Notes: generated by a model from the sequence alone, not told the origin. Counted from the stretch's first letter, positions 1-12,925 are shown. The stretch is 64,000 bases of DNA from Malacoraja senta (GCA_038087875.1 CM075990.1:8000001-8064000); one strand, 5' to 3'. Translations and numbers: made by a program.

Positions 1-180
1 GGGCAATTTACTGTGGCCAATTAACCTACTGACCTGCACGTCTTTGGATGTGGGAGGAGATGAGAGCATCTGATGGAAACTCATGCAGTCACAGGGAGGA
101 CGTGCAAATACAACACAGACAGCACCTGAGGTCAGGGTTGAACCTTGGTCTCTGGTGCCGTGATGCAGCAGCTACCATGC
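1..180 (-). mobile_element. tRNA-derived V-SINE (HE1-like), degenerate, cut by window edge
   Basis: Matches the reverse complement of the intact SINE at 14773-15080 (ccaattaacctac...gcacgtctttgga...acagacagcacc...gaacc). Confidence 0.8.
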
Positions 181-314
181 TGTTTTTCTTTTAGTTTATC
201 AGTGACTCCAGGGGCAGGTTGATCATCCCATTGATAAATCAGACTCTCGCACCACGTACCACTTTTGAATCCTGTCATGCCACAGTAATTGGTGCAGATG
301 CTTCCCCAGTGTGG

Positions 315-460
315 AGAGGATGTTTCCACTCGTGGGAGAGTCTAGGACTAGAGGTCATAGCCTCAGAATCAAAGGATGTTTTTTTAGAAAGGAGATGAGG
401 AGACATTTCTTTGGTCAGAGGGTGGTGAACCTGTGGAATTATTTGCCCGTGGAGGCTGTT
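315..460 (+). mobile_element. CR1/HER1-like LINE 3' ORF2 fragment
   Basis: Similar to 6835-6990 (RMFPLVGESRTRGHSLRIKG...QRVVNLWN). Confidence 0.8.
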
Positions 461-528
461 GTAGGTAACTAACAGAACTGGCAACGTTTTAATGTTAACT
501 GATTAAAATTTAGTGTTTGCTACTGACT

Positions 529-778
529 TTAGAAATACAGCGTGGAAACAGGCCCTTCGGCCCACCGAGTCCGCGCCAACCAGCGATCACCCCGTACACC
601 AGCACTATCCTACACGCTAGTGACAATTTACAACTAATCAAAGCCAATTGACTTACAAACCTGCACATCTTTGGAGTGAGAGAGCAAAGGAGCTCCTGGA
701 GAAACCCACGCGTTTACAGGGAGAATGTACAAACTCCATACAGACAGCACCTGGAGTCAGGATTGAACCCGGGTCCTG
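529..778 (-). mobile_element. V-SINE (HE1-like)
   Basis: Starts with the tail tttagaaatacagcgtggaaacaggcccttcggcccaccgag, has the conserved body and ends in the B-box complement gattgaacccggg. Confidence 0.85.
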
Positions 779-819
779 TTTATTTAATACATCGACGGTT
801 GTTCCCTGATTGTACTATA

Positions 820-1172
820 TTAAGTAAGTTTATTGGCCAAGTATTCACATACAAAGAATTTGCCTTGGTGCTCCGCCCACAAGTAACAACATGACATACA
901 TTGATAGTTACGAATGACTCAGAAAACACTAAACATTAATAATAATAAAACATTAATGATAAAACACCATTGATCAAGCATGTGAACCAACAAAATACCA
1001 GATCAAAGGGAGGCTACAGATTTTTGGCTGTTGAGTAGAGCAACTACTCGATGATAAAAACTGTTTTTATGTCTGGCTGTGGCAGCTTTGACAATCCGGA
1101 GTCGCCTTCCAGAGGGAAGTGATTCAAAGAGTTTGTGGCCAGGGTGAGAGGGGTCAGAGATGATCTTGCCCG
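820..1172 (-). mobile_element. Rex1/Babar-type LINE 3' end
   Basis: Minus strand reads AGKIISDPSHPGHKLFESLPSGRRLRIVKAATARHKNSFY, then a 3' UTR with aataaa. Confidence 0.75.
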
Positions 1173-2542
1173 CAAGTATGGAATCGTTACTGTATAGAAG
1201 GACTTTCGGCCCGTCGAACCTGCTGACACTTTCTGCAAGAGAAAGCTGATCCTGGTTCTCGGCAGTTTGCTGCAGTTATCTTTCTCCCTCAAGAATCGAC
1301 CCAATCCCATTTTTGTTGTCAGATTTTGCAGATTTAACTACCTGTCTGAACCCAAAGTTCAAAGGGATTAAAAATGAACATCCCTGGATCACATCACGTA
1401 CGTAAACGTTGCCCATTCCTTCTCTCCAGAGATGCTGCCTGTCCCACTGAGTTACCTCAGCATTTTGTGTTTGTCTTGGGGAGTATACAAACTCCGCCCA
1501 GACCGTACCTGGCGTTTGAGGCAGCAGCACTAACTGCTGCAACAGCGTATCCTTTACCAACGAGGGTGGGTTGAAAAGGGCACGGACAAGGCGGCTGTGT
1601 ACTCCCAGCATTTTCTACTCTATTTAGCAGTGAGTGCTCTGCTTCACTTCAGCGCCAACCTCGCAACCTATTGAAGCATCAATATAACCTGACACCAGCA
1701 CACTCTGTGAATGTTGCCTTTCTCTGTGCTTCCCTAAACGCTAAAGGATGTCAAAGAAATGTTTGAAAAGTGTTATTATATCTGAATGCTTAAAAAACAA
1801 TCGGTTGAGATGTGGAAGGATATTTATAAACTGGTTTTGGAGGCGGCCAAAGCGATTTTTAAAGCTTCCATCAGCTCAGTTTGAAACGTGTGACAGGAGT
1901 GGCGAGGAAAATGATTGGATTAGATAGACAATAAAGTGTATAGAATTCAACACCTTGCAGAGCATCACAAATTTGAGATGTATTTTTTTGGAAATCCATA
2001 GAAAATGAAACTGCGTCATTTTGAGTCGCTGTCTGTTCCTTGGGTGAAGCCACGGAAGTTTAAATTCCTTCCGAACAAAATTAGCAAATTAATTTTATTT
2101 TCAAATTAAATTTTGATCGAAGGTGTCAATGAATTGGAAAATGTTCTTGATTCTTGACTAGTTTGGGCGTCGGGGGGTATGAGGAGAAGGCAGGAGAATG
2201 GGATTGAGAAGAAAAGATGGTTCTCCATGATTGAATGGCGGAGCGGACTTGGTGGGCGAATGGCCTAATTCTGCTCCTATAACTAATGAACACATGAATT
2301 TTGTTTCTGTCTTTCTTTCCCTTCTGAGTTAAGCAAGCATCCGTGTTGCATTCATTAATTATGATTGAGTGAGTGACTGTTCAACCGAACCAAGTGTGAA
2401 GTTACATCCTCCAGAGGATATGTCGCTTCAGAAGAGGACAGCTGCTGCGCAAGTCTGAATCTTCTCCCTTTCCAAACCATTGCAGAAAGATCAGAAACCA
2501 TCCTTGTTCTCCTGGGAAGGAGTCGAGCAAACTATTAATGCA

Positions 2543-2765
2543 GAAGATAAACACAAAAAGCTGGAGTAACACAGCGGGACAGGCAGCATCTCTGGAGAGA
2601 AGGAATGGGTGACATTTTGGGTCGAGACCGTTCTTCAGTCTGCAGAAGGGTCTCGACCGGAAACGTCACCCATTCCTTCTCTCCAGAGATGCTGCCTGTC
2701 CCGCTGTGTTACTCCAGCTTTTTGTGTCTATATTTGGTTTAAACCAGCATCTGCAGTTCCTTCCT
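2543..2765. mobile_element. Inverted pair of Penelope-like element termini (about 95-bp arms) with hammerhead motifs
   Basis: 2543-2638 is nearly the reverse complement of 2640-2735; the unit resembles the 3' end of the GIY-YIG Penelope at 57867-57960. Confidence 0.8.
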
Positions 2766-2904
2766 GAACTATTTGTGCAAACTGGTTTGAGATTGGTCTA
2801 ATCCAATGCCTTTGGGCTTCTGCAGCCATGAGGTCTCTATTGTCCTTGATGCCGATTGACCTGAACTCTTGTCCCAATGGTCATGTGTCTATCTTTAGAT
2901 TGAT

Positions 2905-3270
2905 AGGATGTGCTGTCTCAAAAACATAGCCACCATTATCAAGGACCCACACCACCCCTGGCCACACTCTCATCTCACTCCTGCCTTCGGGAAGAAGGTA
3001 CAGGAGTCTGAAAACTGTAACACTCGGATTCTGAAGCAAATTCTTCTCTACAACCATCAGGCTATTGAACACTACAAACTGCAACTAAACTCAAAACCAC
3101 AGGCTGCATGGGTTAACAAAGGGACTTCAGGTTTTGTTTTTGCACTATGTTGATTTTATTTTAATGTATTGAACTTATTTTTCTGTTTGTTTGTTATGTT
3201 ATCTGTTGAGTACTTTGTTTACAAAAATGTTGCCCAGCTCTGCAATAAGAATCAATAAAACATTCCTGAA
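2905..3270 (+). mobile_element. Rex1/Babar LINE 3' fragment
   Basis: [15 protein letters not shown]...[13 protein letters not shown] motif, frameshifted, followed by 3' UTR. Confidence 0.75.
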
Positions 3271-3593
3271 TCTTAACTAACATCGTTGTGTGTAAAAAAA
3301 ACACTGGTGTTAATGGTTAGTTGCCATGGTGATTGGTCATATGACAGGAGGAGCTTGTCACATGTCAGGAAAATGTCTGATCATTTTTACTCAATTTTTC
3401 AGTTATTGAGAGGATTTTACCTTTGGGCTGGGATTGTGTGAGTTGTCTAATGATCATAAATAGAAGATACTCTTGAATGTGCAGGGGCCAGGGGTTCATA
3501 ACAGCAGAAGGAAAGTGTGAACAATATTTCATTTATTCCTTGGATCAATTGAGTGGAATCCCTTTTGAACTGTGGCCGCAAGTGGGATCAAGA

Positions 3594-3915
3594 GTTTAGT
3601 TCAGTTTCGAGATGCAGCGTGGAAATAGGCCCTTTGGCCCATCGAGTCCAGGCTGACCATTGACCACCTGTTCGTACTGGTTCTGTGTTATCCCACTTTC
3701 CCATCCACTCCTCGTGCGTTAGGAGCTATTTACAGCAGCCAAGTAACCTACAAACCCGGGCATCTTTGGGATGTGAGATGAGAGCCGAGCACCCAGTGGA
3801 AACCTACGCGGTCACACGGAGAACATGCAAACTCCACACAGACAGCACCCGAGCTGAAGATCGAACCTGGGTCTCTGGTGCTGTGACAGTGCCAACAGCT
3901 CTACCAGCTACACCA
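3594..3915 (-). mobile_element. V-SINE (HE1-like), diverged
   Basis: agtttagttcagtttcgagatgcagcgtggaaatagg tail; gatcgaacctggg B-box complement. Confidence 0.8.
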
Positions 3916-4389
3916 CTAATGTTCTCGAAGACTTTGACTGATGTCAGAAGTCTCCCACAGCAGCAGGTATGTGAGAGGAGTATTTAATCCCCGGTGAAGC
4001 TCTTTGGTTTTCATTGTTACCAATTGTCTCAACACACAATTTTCTTCAACACATTGATTTTGATCGGAACCAGAGTTTCACTGTGAGGAAGGAAAAAATG
4101 TGGATGTGGGGAATTTCAGAATTAGTGGGCCTGGCCAAAGCTATTGAAAATCAGGAGAGTAGAAGCTTAATTTGGATTTTTAGAAAATGATTTGAGTGCA
4201 AAGCTATAAAATGTACACCAGTGTTAATGGTTGGAAGTCACAACCTGGAGACTAAAATCATTGGGACAGGTTATATCAGGGTCACAGCACAGTAAGGGAT
4301 AGGGTAGGTGGATTTGGAGTGCATTACAAGGTGGAAGCTGATCAGATGGATTGGACTATTTACTCCACTGACCGAATTATTAATGGTTG

Positions 4390-4988
4390 ATGTCAGACAG
4401 GACATTTTAACAGCTGTCTATAAATCACTTATAGAATCTGTACTCACCTTTAACATCACATCCTGGTTCACCCTCACCTCTGTCAAAGACAAATCAAAGC
4501 TTTCCCGGATCATCAATCAAGCAAGCAAAATAACTGGCAAAACTCAAAATCAATTATCAGTACTTCACACCCAGGCAGTTAAAAGGAAAGCCAACCTCAT
4601 TACACAGGATCCCACCCACCCCCTGCACAAGTCCTTCCAACTTCTGCCATCAGGCCGCCGCCGATATAAAGTCCCCCTATCTAAGAAAAACATCCACAAA
4701 AACTCATTCATACCCATTGCCATAAACAGCTTAAATAAAAAATGAACAATGGACAAATTAACCCTGACGCACTGTCACTTTACACGTATCCACAACTTTC
4801 ATCTTGTCTATTTTTACAGTTTTTAATCCTTATACTTGCTTTCAAGATCTATACACACGGTGTGTGCTCGCAGAAATCTGTGTTGTATGACTGCTTATCA
4901 GTACATTGTCCTGTTTGTATGTTGAGCCACGCCAAAGAAGATTTTCTGTTACGACAGACAATAAAGTTTTCTGAATCTGAATCTGAAT
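4390..4988 (+). mobile_element. Rex1/Babar-related LINE 3' end with (TCTGAA)n tail
   Basis: YKSLIESVLTFNITSWF...DPTHPLHKSFQLLPSGRR...KNSFIPIAI (ORF to 4745); aataaa then tctgaatctgaatctgaatc. Confidence 0.8.
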
Positions 4989-5364
4989 CATTGAGAGTGG
5001 ATGAAGTGTTTAGTTTATGTCATAAGATCATGTGATAATAGAATTAGCCCATTCGGCCCATCAAATCTACTCCGCCATTCAATCGCCTTTCCCTCCTAAC
5101 CCCATTCTCTTGCCTTCTCCCCATAACCTCTGACAAATGTACTAATCAAGAATCTATCTCTGCCTTGCAAATATCCACTGACGTGGCCTGCACAGCCTTC
5201 TGTGGCAAAGAATTCCACAGATTCACCACCCTCTACCTAAAGACATTTCTCCTCATCTCCTTCCTATAAGAACGTCCTTTAATTCTGAGGCTATAACCTC
5301 TAGTCCGAGACTCTCCCACTTGTGGAAATGTGCTCTCCACATCCACTCTATCCAGGCCATTCAC

Positions 5365-7083
5365 AAATCAAATGTAGGTCCCTTGCAGTCAGAAACAGGT
5401 GAATTGATCATGGGGAACAAGGATATGGCAGACCAATTGAATAACTACTTTGGTTCCGTCTTCACTAAGGAAGACATAAATAATCTGCCGGAAATAGCAG
5501 GGGGCCGCGGGTCAAAGGAGATGGAGGAACTGAGTGAAATCCAGGTTAGTCGGGAAGTGGTGTTGGGTAAATTGAATGGATTAAAGGCCGATAAATCACC
5601 AGGGCCAGATAGGCTGCATCCCAGAGTACTTAAGGAAGTAGCTCCAGAAATAGTGGATGCATTAGTGATAATTTTTCAAAACTCTTTAGATTCTGGAGTA
5701 GTTCCTGAGGATTGGAGGGTAGCAAACGTAACCCCACTTTTTAAGAAGGGAGGGAGAGAGAAAACGGGGAATTACAGACCAGTTAGTCTAACATCGGTAG
5801 TGGGGAAACTGCTAGAGTCAGTTATTAAAGATGGGATAGCAGCACATTTGGAAAGTGGTGAAATCATTGGACAAAGTCAGCATGGATTTACGAAAGGTAA
5901 ATCGTGTCTGACGAATCTTATAGAATTTTTCGAGGATGTAACTAGTAGAGTGGATAGGGGAGAACCAGTGGATGTGTTGTATCTGGACTTTCAGAAGGCT
6001 TTCGACAAGGTACCACATAAGAGATTAGGATACAAACTTAAATCACACGGTATTGGGGGTTCAGTATTGATGTGGATAGAGAACTGGCTGGCAAACAGGA
6101 AGCAAAGAGTAGGAGTAAACGGGTCCTTTTCACAATGGCAGGCAGTGACTAGTGGGGTACCGCAAGGCTCAGTGCTGGGACCCCAGCTATTTACAATTTA
6201 TATTAATGATCTGGACGAGGGAATTGAAAGCAACATCTCCAAGTTTGCGGATGACACTAAGCTGGGGGGCAGTGTTAGCTGTGAGGAGGATGCTAGGAGA
6301 CTGCAAGGTGACTTGGATAGGCTGGGTGAGTGGGCAAATGTTTGGCAGATGCAGTATAATGTGGATAAATGTGAGGTTATCCACTTTGGTAGCAAAAACG
6401 GGAAGGCAGACTATTATCTAAATGGTGGCCGATTAGGAAATGGGGAGATGCAGCGAGACCTGGGTGTCATGGTACACCAGTCATTGAAAGTAGGCATGCA
6501 GGTGCAGCAGGCAGTGAAGAAAGCGAATGGTATGTTGGCCTTCATAGCAAGAGGATTTGAGTATAGGAGCAGGGAGGTTCTACTGCAGTTGTACAGGGTC
6601 TTGGTGAGACCACACCTGGAGTATTGCGTACAGTTTTGGTCTCCAAATCTGAGGAAGGACATTATAGCCATAGAGGGAGTGCAGAGAAGGTTCACCAGAC
6701 TGATTCCTGGGATGTCAGGACTTTCATATGAAGAAAGACTGGATAGACTTGGCTTATACTCGCTAGAATTTAGGAGATTGAGAGGGGATCTTATAGAAAC
6801 GTACAAAATTCTTATGGGGTTGGACAGGCTAGATGCAGGAAGATTGTTCCCGATGTTGGGGAAGTCCAGGACAAGGGGTCACAGCTTAAGGATAAGGGGG
6901 AAATCCTTTAAGACCGAGATGAGGAAAAACTTTTTCACACAGAGAGTGGTGAATCTCTGGAACTCTCTGCCACAGAGGGTAGTTGAGGCCAGTTCATTGA
7001 CTATATTTAAGAGGGAATTAGATGTGGCCCTTGTGGCTAAAGGGATCAGGGGGTATGGAGAGAAGGCAGGTACGGGATACTGA
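5365..7083 (+). CDS. CR1 ORF2 reverse transcriptase (N-terminally truncated)
   Basis: KSPGPD, NYRPVSLTS, QHGF, LDFQKAFD, SGVPQGSVLGP, FADD, RPHLEYC motifs. The ORF-track start at 5320 lies in the flanking element. Confidence 0.9.
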   Translation, partial: KSNVGPLQSETGELIMGNKDMADQLNNYFGSVFTKEDINNLPEIAGGRGSKEMEELSEIQVSREVVLGKLNGLKADKSPGPDRLHPRVLKEVAPEIVDALVIIFQNSLDSGVVPEDWRVANVTPLFKKGGREKTGNYRPVSLTSVVGKLLESVIKDGIAAHLESGEIIGQSQHGFTKGKSCLTNLIEFFEDVTSRVDRGEPVDVLYLDFQKAFDKVPHKRLGYKLKSHGIGGSVLMWIENWLANRKQRVGVNGSFSQWQAVTSGVPQGSVLGPQLFTIYINDLDEGIESNISKFADDTKLGGSVSCEEDARRLQGDLDRLGEWANVWQMQYNVDKCEVIHFGSKNGKADYYLNGGRLGNGEMQRDLGVMVHQSLKVGMQVQQAVKKANGMLAFIARGFEYRSREVLLQLYRVLVRPHLEYCVQFWSPNLRKDIIAIEGVQRRFTRLIPGMSGLSYEERLDRLGLYSLEFRRLRGDLIETYKILMGLDRLDAGRLFPMLGKSRTRGHSLRIRGKSFKTEMRKNFFTQRVVNLWNSLPQRVVEASSLTIFKRELDVALVAKGIRGYGEKAGTGY

Positions 7084-7183
7084 GTTGGATGATCAGCCAT
7101 GATCGTATTGAATGGCGGTGCAGGCTCGAAGGGCCGAATGGCCTACTCCTGCACCTATTTTCTATGTATCTATGTATCTATGT
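5365..7183 (+). mobile_element. Young 5'-truncated CR1 (HER1-like) LINE
   Basis: Uninterrupted RT ORF, 3' UTR and (TCTATGTA)n tail at 7161-7183. Confidence 0.95.
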
Positions 7184-7304
7184 ATTCTGCATGTTTCAAT
7201 GAGGTCCCACCTCATTCTTCTAAACTCCAGCGAGTACAGGCCCAGTGCCGACAAACGCTCATCATAGGTTAACCTACTCATTCCTGGGATCATTCTTGTA
7301 AGTT

Positions 7305-7590
7305 TGGAGACTCAGTGTGGAAACTGGCCTTTTACTCCACCGAGTCCGTGCTGACCACAATGACCCATACACATGTTCTGTCCTTGACACATAGGATAAT
7401 TTTTACAGAAGCTAATTAACCTACAAACCTGCATGTCTTTGGAATGTGGGAGGAAACCGGAGCACCTGGAGAAAACCCACGCAGTCACAGGGAGAATGTA
7501 CAAGCTCCGTGCAGAATGCACCCATAGTCAAAATCAAACCTGGGTCTCTGGTGCTGTAAGGCTGCAACTCAACTCTACAGCTGTGCCAAG
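7305..7590 (-). mobile_element. V-SINE (HE1-like)
   Basis: Conserved body aattaacctacaaacctgcatgtctttggaatgtgggaggaaaccggagcacc. Confidence 0.8.
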
Positions 7591-8084
7591 GAATCTTTCC
7601 TCGTTTGTTTCCAATCTACAGATGTTAAATTGTCAAAACTGCTAGATGTGTTGACTGCATTATTAAGGTACATGTTAGGAGTTTTCAATATATATATAGC
7701 AATCAGTTTTCTGATGATTCTGGTAATGGATAGTAGATGTAATTTGGAGCTCAATTTTGACCAACACTTAAGGCTGGTTTCTATACACAACGTGTACACC
7801 AGGAGAGTGAACATTTTAAAATTCAAACAAATGTTGAATTTATGTAAACATTTTAATTGCAGAAAGAAACAGAAAAATACGTGCAGGTTTCGGCCCTTCA
7901 AGCTCGGACGGCCATTCAATATGAACATGGCTGATCATCCAGAATCACTACCCCGTTCCTGCTTTTTCCCCATATCCCTTGAAAGACAATGTTACTCTGT
8001 ATCTAAACCACAAGGTACCTCTTCTGCGTGCATTTGATGTAGCAATATTCAGCGATCTTTCCTCTGAATCTAATCATTTCTTTA

Positions 8085-8425
8085 TAAGACCCCCTCGGCC
8101 TACACGATCTCCCGGTTGCTAAACACTTTAGCTCCCCCTCCCATTCCCATACTGACCCTTCTGTCCCGGGCTCCTGATTAAATGTTACTGATTGTAGGAC
8201 TAGATGTCACCTTCCCCTCAGCTAACAATGAACCATTCGACATTACCTTAAGCATCGACTGCTTTGATCTGTTGTTTTCACACCTTGCCCTTCCATATCT
8301 CTAATCTTCCTCTCCCATGACTCTCGGTCTGAAGAAGGGTCTCGACCTGAAACATCACCCATTCCTTCTCTCCAGCGATGCTGCCTGTCCTGCTGATTTA
8401 ATCCAGCATTGTGTTTCTATCTTTG
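8085..8425 (+). mobile_element. Penelope-like 3' fragment (GIY-YIG C-terminus, 3' UTR, degenerate hammerhead)
   Basis: DLPVAKHFSSPSHSHTD resembles DHPVAQHFNSPSHSESD in the 58037-58363 ORF; ctgaagaagggtctcgacctgaaacatc at 8329-8356. Confidence 0.75.
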
Positions 8426-8674
8426 TAAGATTTTACCCTTTGTAGCATTGTCCATCAAGGCACACGCCTACAACAGACCAATATTAGGATCTTCTCATGC
8501 CCAGCAACGAAGACGTCCATGAAAATTGTGGATCTCGGGGCACCAATTCTCGTTGGCGTCCTGAGTCCATTTGTAATGTAAGTTTCCACAAATTTTGATT
8601 GGCATTGAATATTCAGCAGTAGTTCACCGTGACTCCTGCCGCACCTGGATACTATCCTACGCACATCTGTCCAG

Positions 8675-8980
8675 ACAATAAGTGCAAGAGTAGGCCATTC
8701 GACCCTTCAAGCCAGCACCGCCATTCACTGTGATCATGGCTGATCATCCACAATCAGTACCCCGTTCCTGCCTTCTCCCCATATCCCTTGACTCTGCTAT
8801 CTTTAAGAGCTCTATCTAACTCTGTCTTGAAAGCATCCAGAGAATTGGCCTCCACTGCCTCCTGAGGCAGAGAATGCCACAGATTCACAACTCTGGGTGA
8901 AAAGGTTTTTCCTCATCTCCATTCTAAATGGCCAACCCCTTATTCTTAAACTGTGGCCCCTAGTTCTGGGCTCCCCCACT
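8675..8980 (-). mobile_element. CR1 3' end
   Basis: Reverse complement of a CR1 ORF end and 3' UTR similar to 6860-7160. Confidence 0.8.
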
Positions 8981-9004
8981 TGGCTTTCATGTCGATGGCA
9001 ATAA

Positions 9005-9650
9005 TGTTGTCCCTGCCCAAGGTGTTTCTGATGGGGCAGTATTGAGAGGAATGTCTTCCGAATCCCGACTGTGCAGCCATTGCCCTAAAGAGGGCAGTGT
9101 AGAGGGAGCTTTACTCTACATCTCCTTCCTGCTGGGAGTGTTTGATAGTTTAGTTTTCGTTTCGACATACAGTGCAGAAACAGGCCCTTCTGCCGACCAA
9201 CACACTAAAGCTATCCTACACGTACTAGGGACACTTTACAGTTACACCAAGCCAATTAACCTACAAGCCTGTACGTCTTTGGAGTGTGGGAGGAAACTGG
9301 AGAAAACCCATGTGGTCACAGGGAGAGCGTACAAACTCCATACAGACAGCGCCCATAGTCGGGATCTAACCTGAGTCTCTGGTGCTGTAAGGCAGCAACT
9401 CTACCGCTGCGCCACCATGCCGCCATATTGGAGATTGTGGAAGGAGCTTTGTGTTATATCTAATCCATGCTGTCCCTGCCCTTGAAGGGTTTGATGGGAC
9501 TATGAAGAAGCAACTTGACCCTGTTTTGAACCCGCGCTGCCTCTGCCCTCTGAGTGCTTGACAGGACTGTGTAGAAGGAGCTTGCGTTTAGATCCAACCC
9601 ATGTTGTCCCTGGCGTGGAGGCATTTGATGGGGTACTGGGAAAGGAGAAG
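9005..9650. repeat. Degenerate tandem array of a roughly 68-bp unit, interrupted by a SINE
   Basis: Recurring ctgtccctgccc...gtgtttgatggg(a)cagtgtagagggagcttt...tctaa(c)cc near 9005, 9090, 9435, 9500, 9570 and 9600. Confidence 0.65.
9147..9425 (-). mobile_element. V-SINE (HE1-like)
   Basis: Ends in ggcagcaactctaccgctgcgccaccatgcc, the complement of the tRNA head. Confidence 0.85.
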
Positions 9651-10966
9651 AAATGGTGCCTTCCTTTACACTAGCAGTCCTCTCCTTGATGTCATCACTT
9701 CAGTCCTCTCTGCTCCCCTTGGACAAAGATGCTGATGTAACTTCACCTGGGATGAAAGATGCCTTTGGACAACCCTGGGAAACTAAAGGTGATGTTACCA
9801 TGACAAGCATCCAAGGTCCTGCATGCCTGTCGCTCTCTGAAAGTCGCAGTCGACATTCACCAGCGAGACAACGCACCAAGTGAATGCTTTTTGCAAAGCT
9901 TCTCACCTCCCGGCAACCCCAGGCAGAGATGTCGTTGTTCAACACAAGTGTCGCTGGCCTCCGATTGACTTGGCACTGTCCACTGACAAAATCGGCTGAG
10001 AGATTGTCTCCCCAGACCATGTGGATGATGCAGAGCAGATGGGATTAAGCTATTGAAGTCTCCCTCTAAACTAAGTGATTGATGAGAAATCCATGTCACT
10101 CGTTCCATGGTCGAACCTTTCCATTGTCCCAAGATGTCGGCATAAGCCAGCAATGTCTCCAATGCATAAAGGACTCTTTATGCAGTAAAGGCAGAAGCCG
10201 CTTGCACTGGAAACACAATTTCAGTAAGAAATTACGTAATGATTGCCTTCACGATACAAACTATTGTTACTTACTGGCAAGTGGCGATGTAATACTTTTT
10301 TTATTCGGTGGCTTTTTTGGGCTAGCTGCAGGCTGTGTGTTGGTCTCTCTCTAATCTCTAAACATCTCTGACCTTCAATATTATTGGATACAGCCTTTTA
10401 AATAACAATGGACACACAGAAACATATTGTGAAAGGTATATTTAAAAGAAAATCTCTTCCTCTTCCCATTTCTTTCTCCAAGCTGACTGACATTTAAATG
10501 TCCCTTTGTTTATATTTTTAGGGGACTAATGTAATGCAGAAATGATAGAACAAAAGTAAGTCGTGCAACAGACGAAAGTTCTTGGCCTGTTTTCCTTCTT
10601 CCATGAAAACCACTTGAATTATTCAGATTGTACATTTGACAAAATCAGCAGGCAAGCTATTAAATGTAATTGTTTGAATACAGTCACATAACAGGGGAAC
10701 GGGTCATTTGTCCCAGATTACACCATGACCATTGAGCACCCACTAATCCCATTTTTCTTCCCACCTTCCCAAAATTTCCCCCTAGACTACACTCATCAAT
10801 ACACCAGGGGCCCATTTAACCTGCTAACCTGCTTGTTTGTGGGATAAGTGAGGAAACTAGGGCATCCAGAAGGAAATCTCTGCCATCTCGGGGAGAAGGT
10901 GCAAATTCCTGAATTTAGGAATGGTGTTAATGCATTGGAAGCAGTTTAGAGTTACGAGTCTGATGT

Positions 10967-10994
10967 CTGACGAAGGGTCTCGACCCGAAACGTC
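10967..10994 (+). ncRNA. Minimal hammerhead ribozyme motif in a Penelope terminus (element about 10960-11100)
   Basis: CTGACGA-A-GGGTC-TC-GACCC-GAAA-CG-TC: CUGANGA core, stem II, GAAA, palindromic ACGT stem III, GUC cleavage triplet. Confidence 0.65.
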
Positions 10995-12925
10995 ACCTAT
11001 TCATTTTCTCCAGAGATTCTGTCTGAACCAGCTGAGTCACTCCGGCTCTTTGTGTCTATCCTCGGTTTCAACCAACATCTGCAGTTCCTTCTCACACATG
11101 TGAATGGACATGTTGTCTTATCAAGAAGGGATGGCCAGGGTAGGCCTGTACTTGCTGGAGTTGAGAAAAGTGAGAGATGATTTGATCGGCAGATGTTGAA
11201 GCAATAACAGGGTGGGTGTAAAGCACATGCTACCTCCTAAGGGGAAGCCTAGAAGTTAGAATCTACAAGTCTTTGCTGAAAAATCAGCCATGCAAGGCAG
11301 AGATGTGATGTCTTTTATATTTTTCTCCCAATGATGTGCTTTATGAGATCTCTTCCTTAAAGTAAAATAGAACATGTCTCTGGTGCCAAGGCAGAGGTAG
11401 ATGGTAGATTAATTGATAACTAGGTCAGCTACAGTCTTAAAGGTGGAACAGGATTGAGAGATGTACTCCTGCTCCTAATTAGTGCATGTGGCCGCACATA
11501 TGCAAACTCTGTTGATTACTGGTTAGAGAGATAACTGGTCATTCTTCCAGCCTACTGTTTAATCAAGCTGTCCTGCATTTCTATTACAGTAGAAACAAAG
11601 AACCGCAGATGCTGCTTTGTAACAGAGAGACGCAAAGTGCTGGCGTAACTCAGCGGGTCACGCAGCATCTCTGGAGAACCAGGATTGATGATGCTTCGGG
11701 TTGGGACCCTTCTTCGGGCTCCTTCTGAAGTCTGAAGGAAGGTTACCGACCAGAAGCGTCATCCATCCCAGATGCTGCCTGACCCTTGAGGTATGCCAGC
11801 ACTTGGTGTCAGCATTTCTTTGTCATCACTTGGTCCAAAGACTAGAACTCTCTCCTCAGCAGAAGGCTCCAAGGGCTGGAGCCTCTCTCCCCAACACTAT
11901 TTTGGAGATGTAATCACTCCAGGAAAGATTTATAGTTCAAGGTTGTCACCACTTTTTCTATACACTTGAAAATGAACAAGGATTGCTGGCCCTCCCAGCC
12001 ACATCGTATCTTGTGCATGGATAACAATTGTTACCAAAGGGCCTATCTATCTCCCTTCCTTACAACTACAGGTGTGCCGTGGAAAGCATTTTAGCACAGC
12101 ATGGTTTGTGAGCAGCTCCAACCCAGACCACAGGAAATTGCAGAGAATTGTGGAAGAGGCCCAGACCATCACAAAAACCAACCTCCCTTCCGTTGACTCA
12201 ATTTACACCTCGCGCTGCCTCTTCAAGGCCAGTAGCATAATCAAGGATGAGTCGCACCCTGATAACTCCCTCTTCTCCCCTCTCCCATCAGGCCATAGTT
12301 ATAGAATTGTGAAAATTCTATTAGGGCAGGTGAGGAAGGAGAAATAGTTGAGGTAACAGCAGATAATGAGCAAAGCAGAGACACACTTACCTTATTTTAT
12401 GTTCTTCATGGACAGGATATTAATCTCACTATTACCCACAAAAATCAATGGCCGTCCATGCATGTCTCACAGGCGGTGGTGTTTTGTTTAAATTTGGGTT
12501 TTTAATTTGATTCAGTTTAGTATTTTTGGAAGTGGTTGTTTACAGAGTCGCTGCACGCGGATGATGTCATTGATGGGGGGTGATAACAAATAAAAAATGA
12601 GACCACCCATGTTATTTGCAATGATGCAGTCATTAGCATGGAATGCTTGCAGAGTCTTGCTTCAACTGTGTATATTAATTACCTGGATTCCACCACAGGC
12701 AATACATGGTGCACTGTGCCCATCTGCTCTCCACCGCATGTACAGTTCAATTCCATAATTAACTTACACTATTAAAGTGACACATTTGCTGAAGCAGTGG
12801 GGTAATGACTGTGCCTATACTAATATTCATTTGCTTCAAACCAACTGTCAACCTCTGTGGAGTAAGTGGAACAATCTGTCAAAGAGCAAGTGTTGTGCGG
12901 GTTGTTGGAAAGGCCTGCACACTGA

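Larger units (their letters stand above)
5020..7300 (-). mobile_element. Older CR1 3' fragment split by a younger CR1 (pieces 5020-5364 and 7184-7300)
   Basis: ...tccaggccattcac | attctgcatgtttcaatgagg... join into a continuous minus-strand CR1 3' region. Confidence 0.75.

Noticed and set aside
2543..2765. Palindromes as MITEs or CRISPR-like repeats
   Set aside because: Ragged ends, no spacers, and similarity to the GIY-YIG Penelope terminus.
9653..10354. Overlapping 76-106 aa ORFs in unique DNA
   Set aside because: No recognisable domain, and the best splice acceptor leads to early stops.
10522..10555. Plus-strand micro-exon (tttttag...gtaagt)
   Set aside because: Stop codons in all three frames and no other support.
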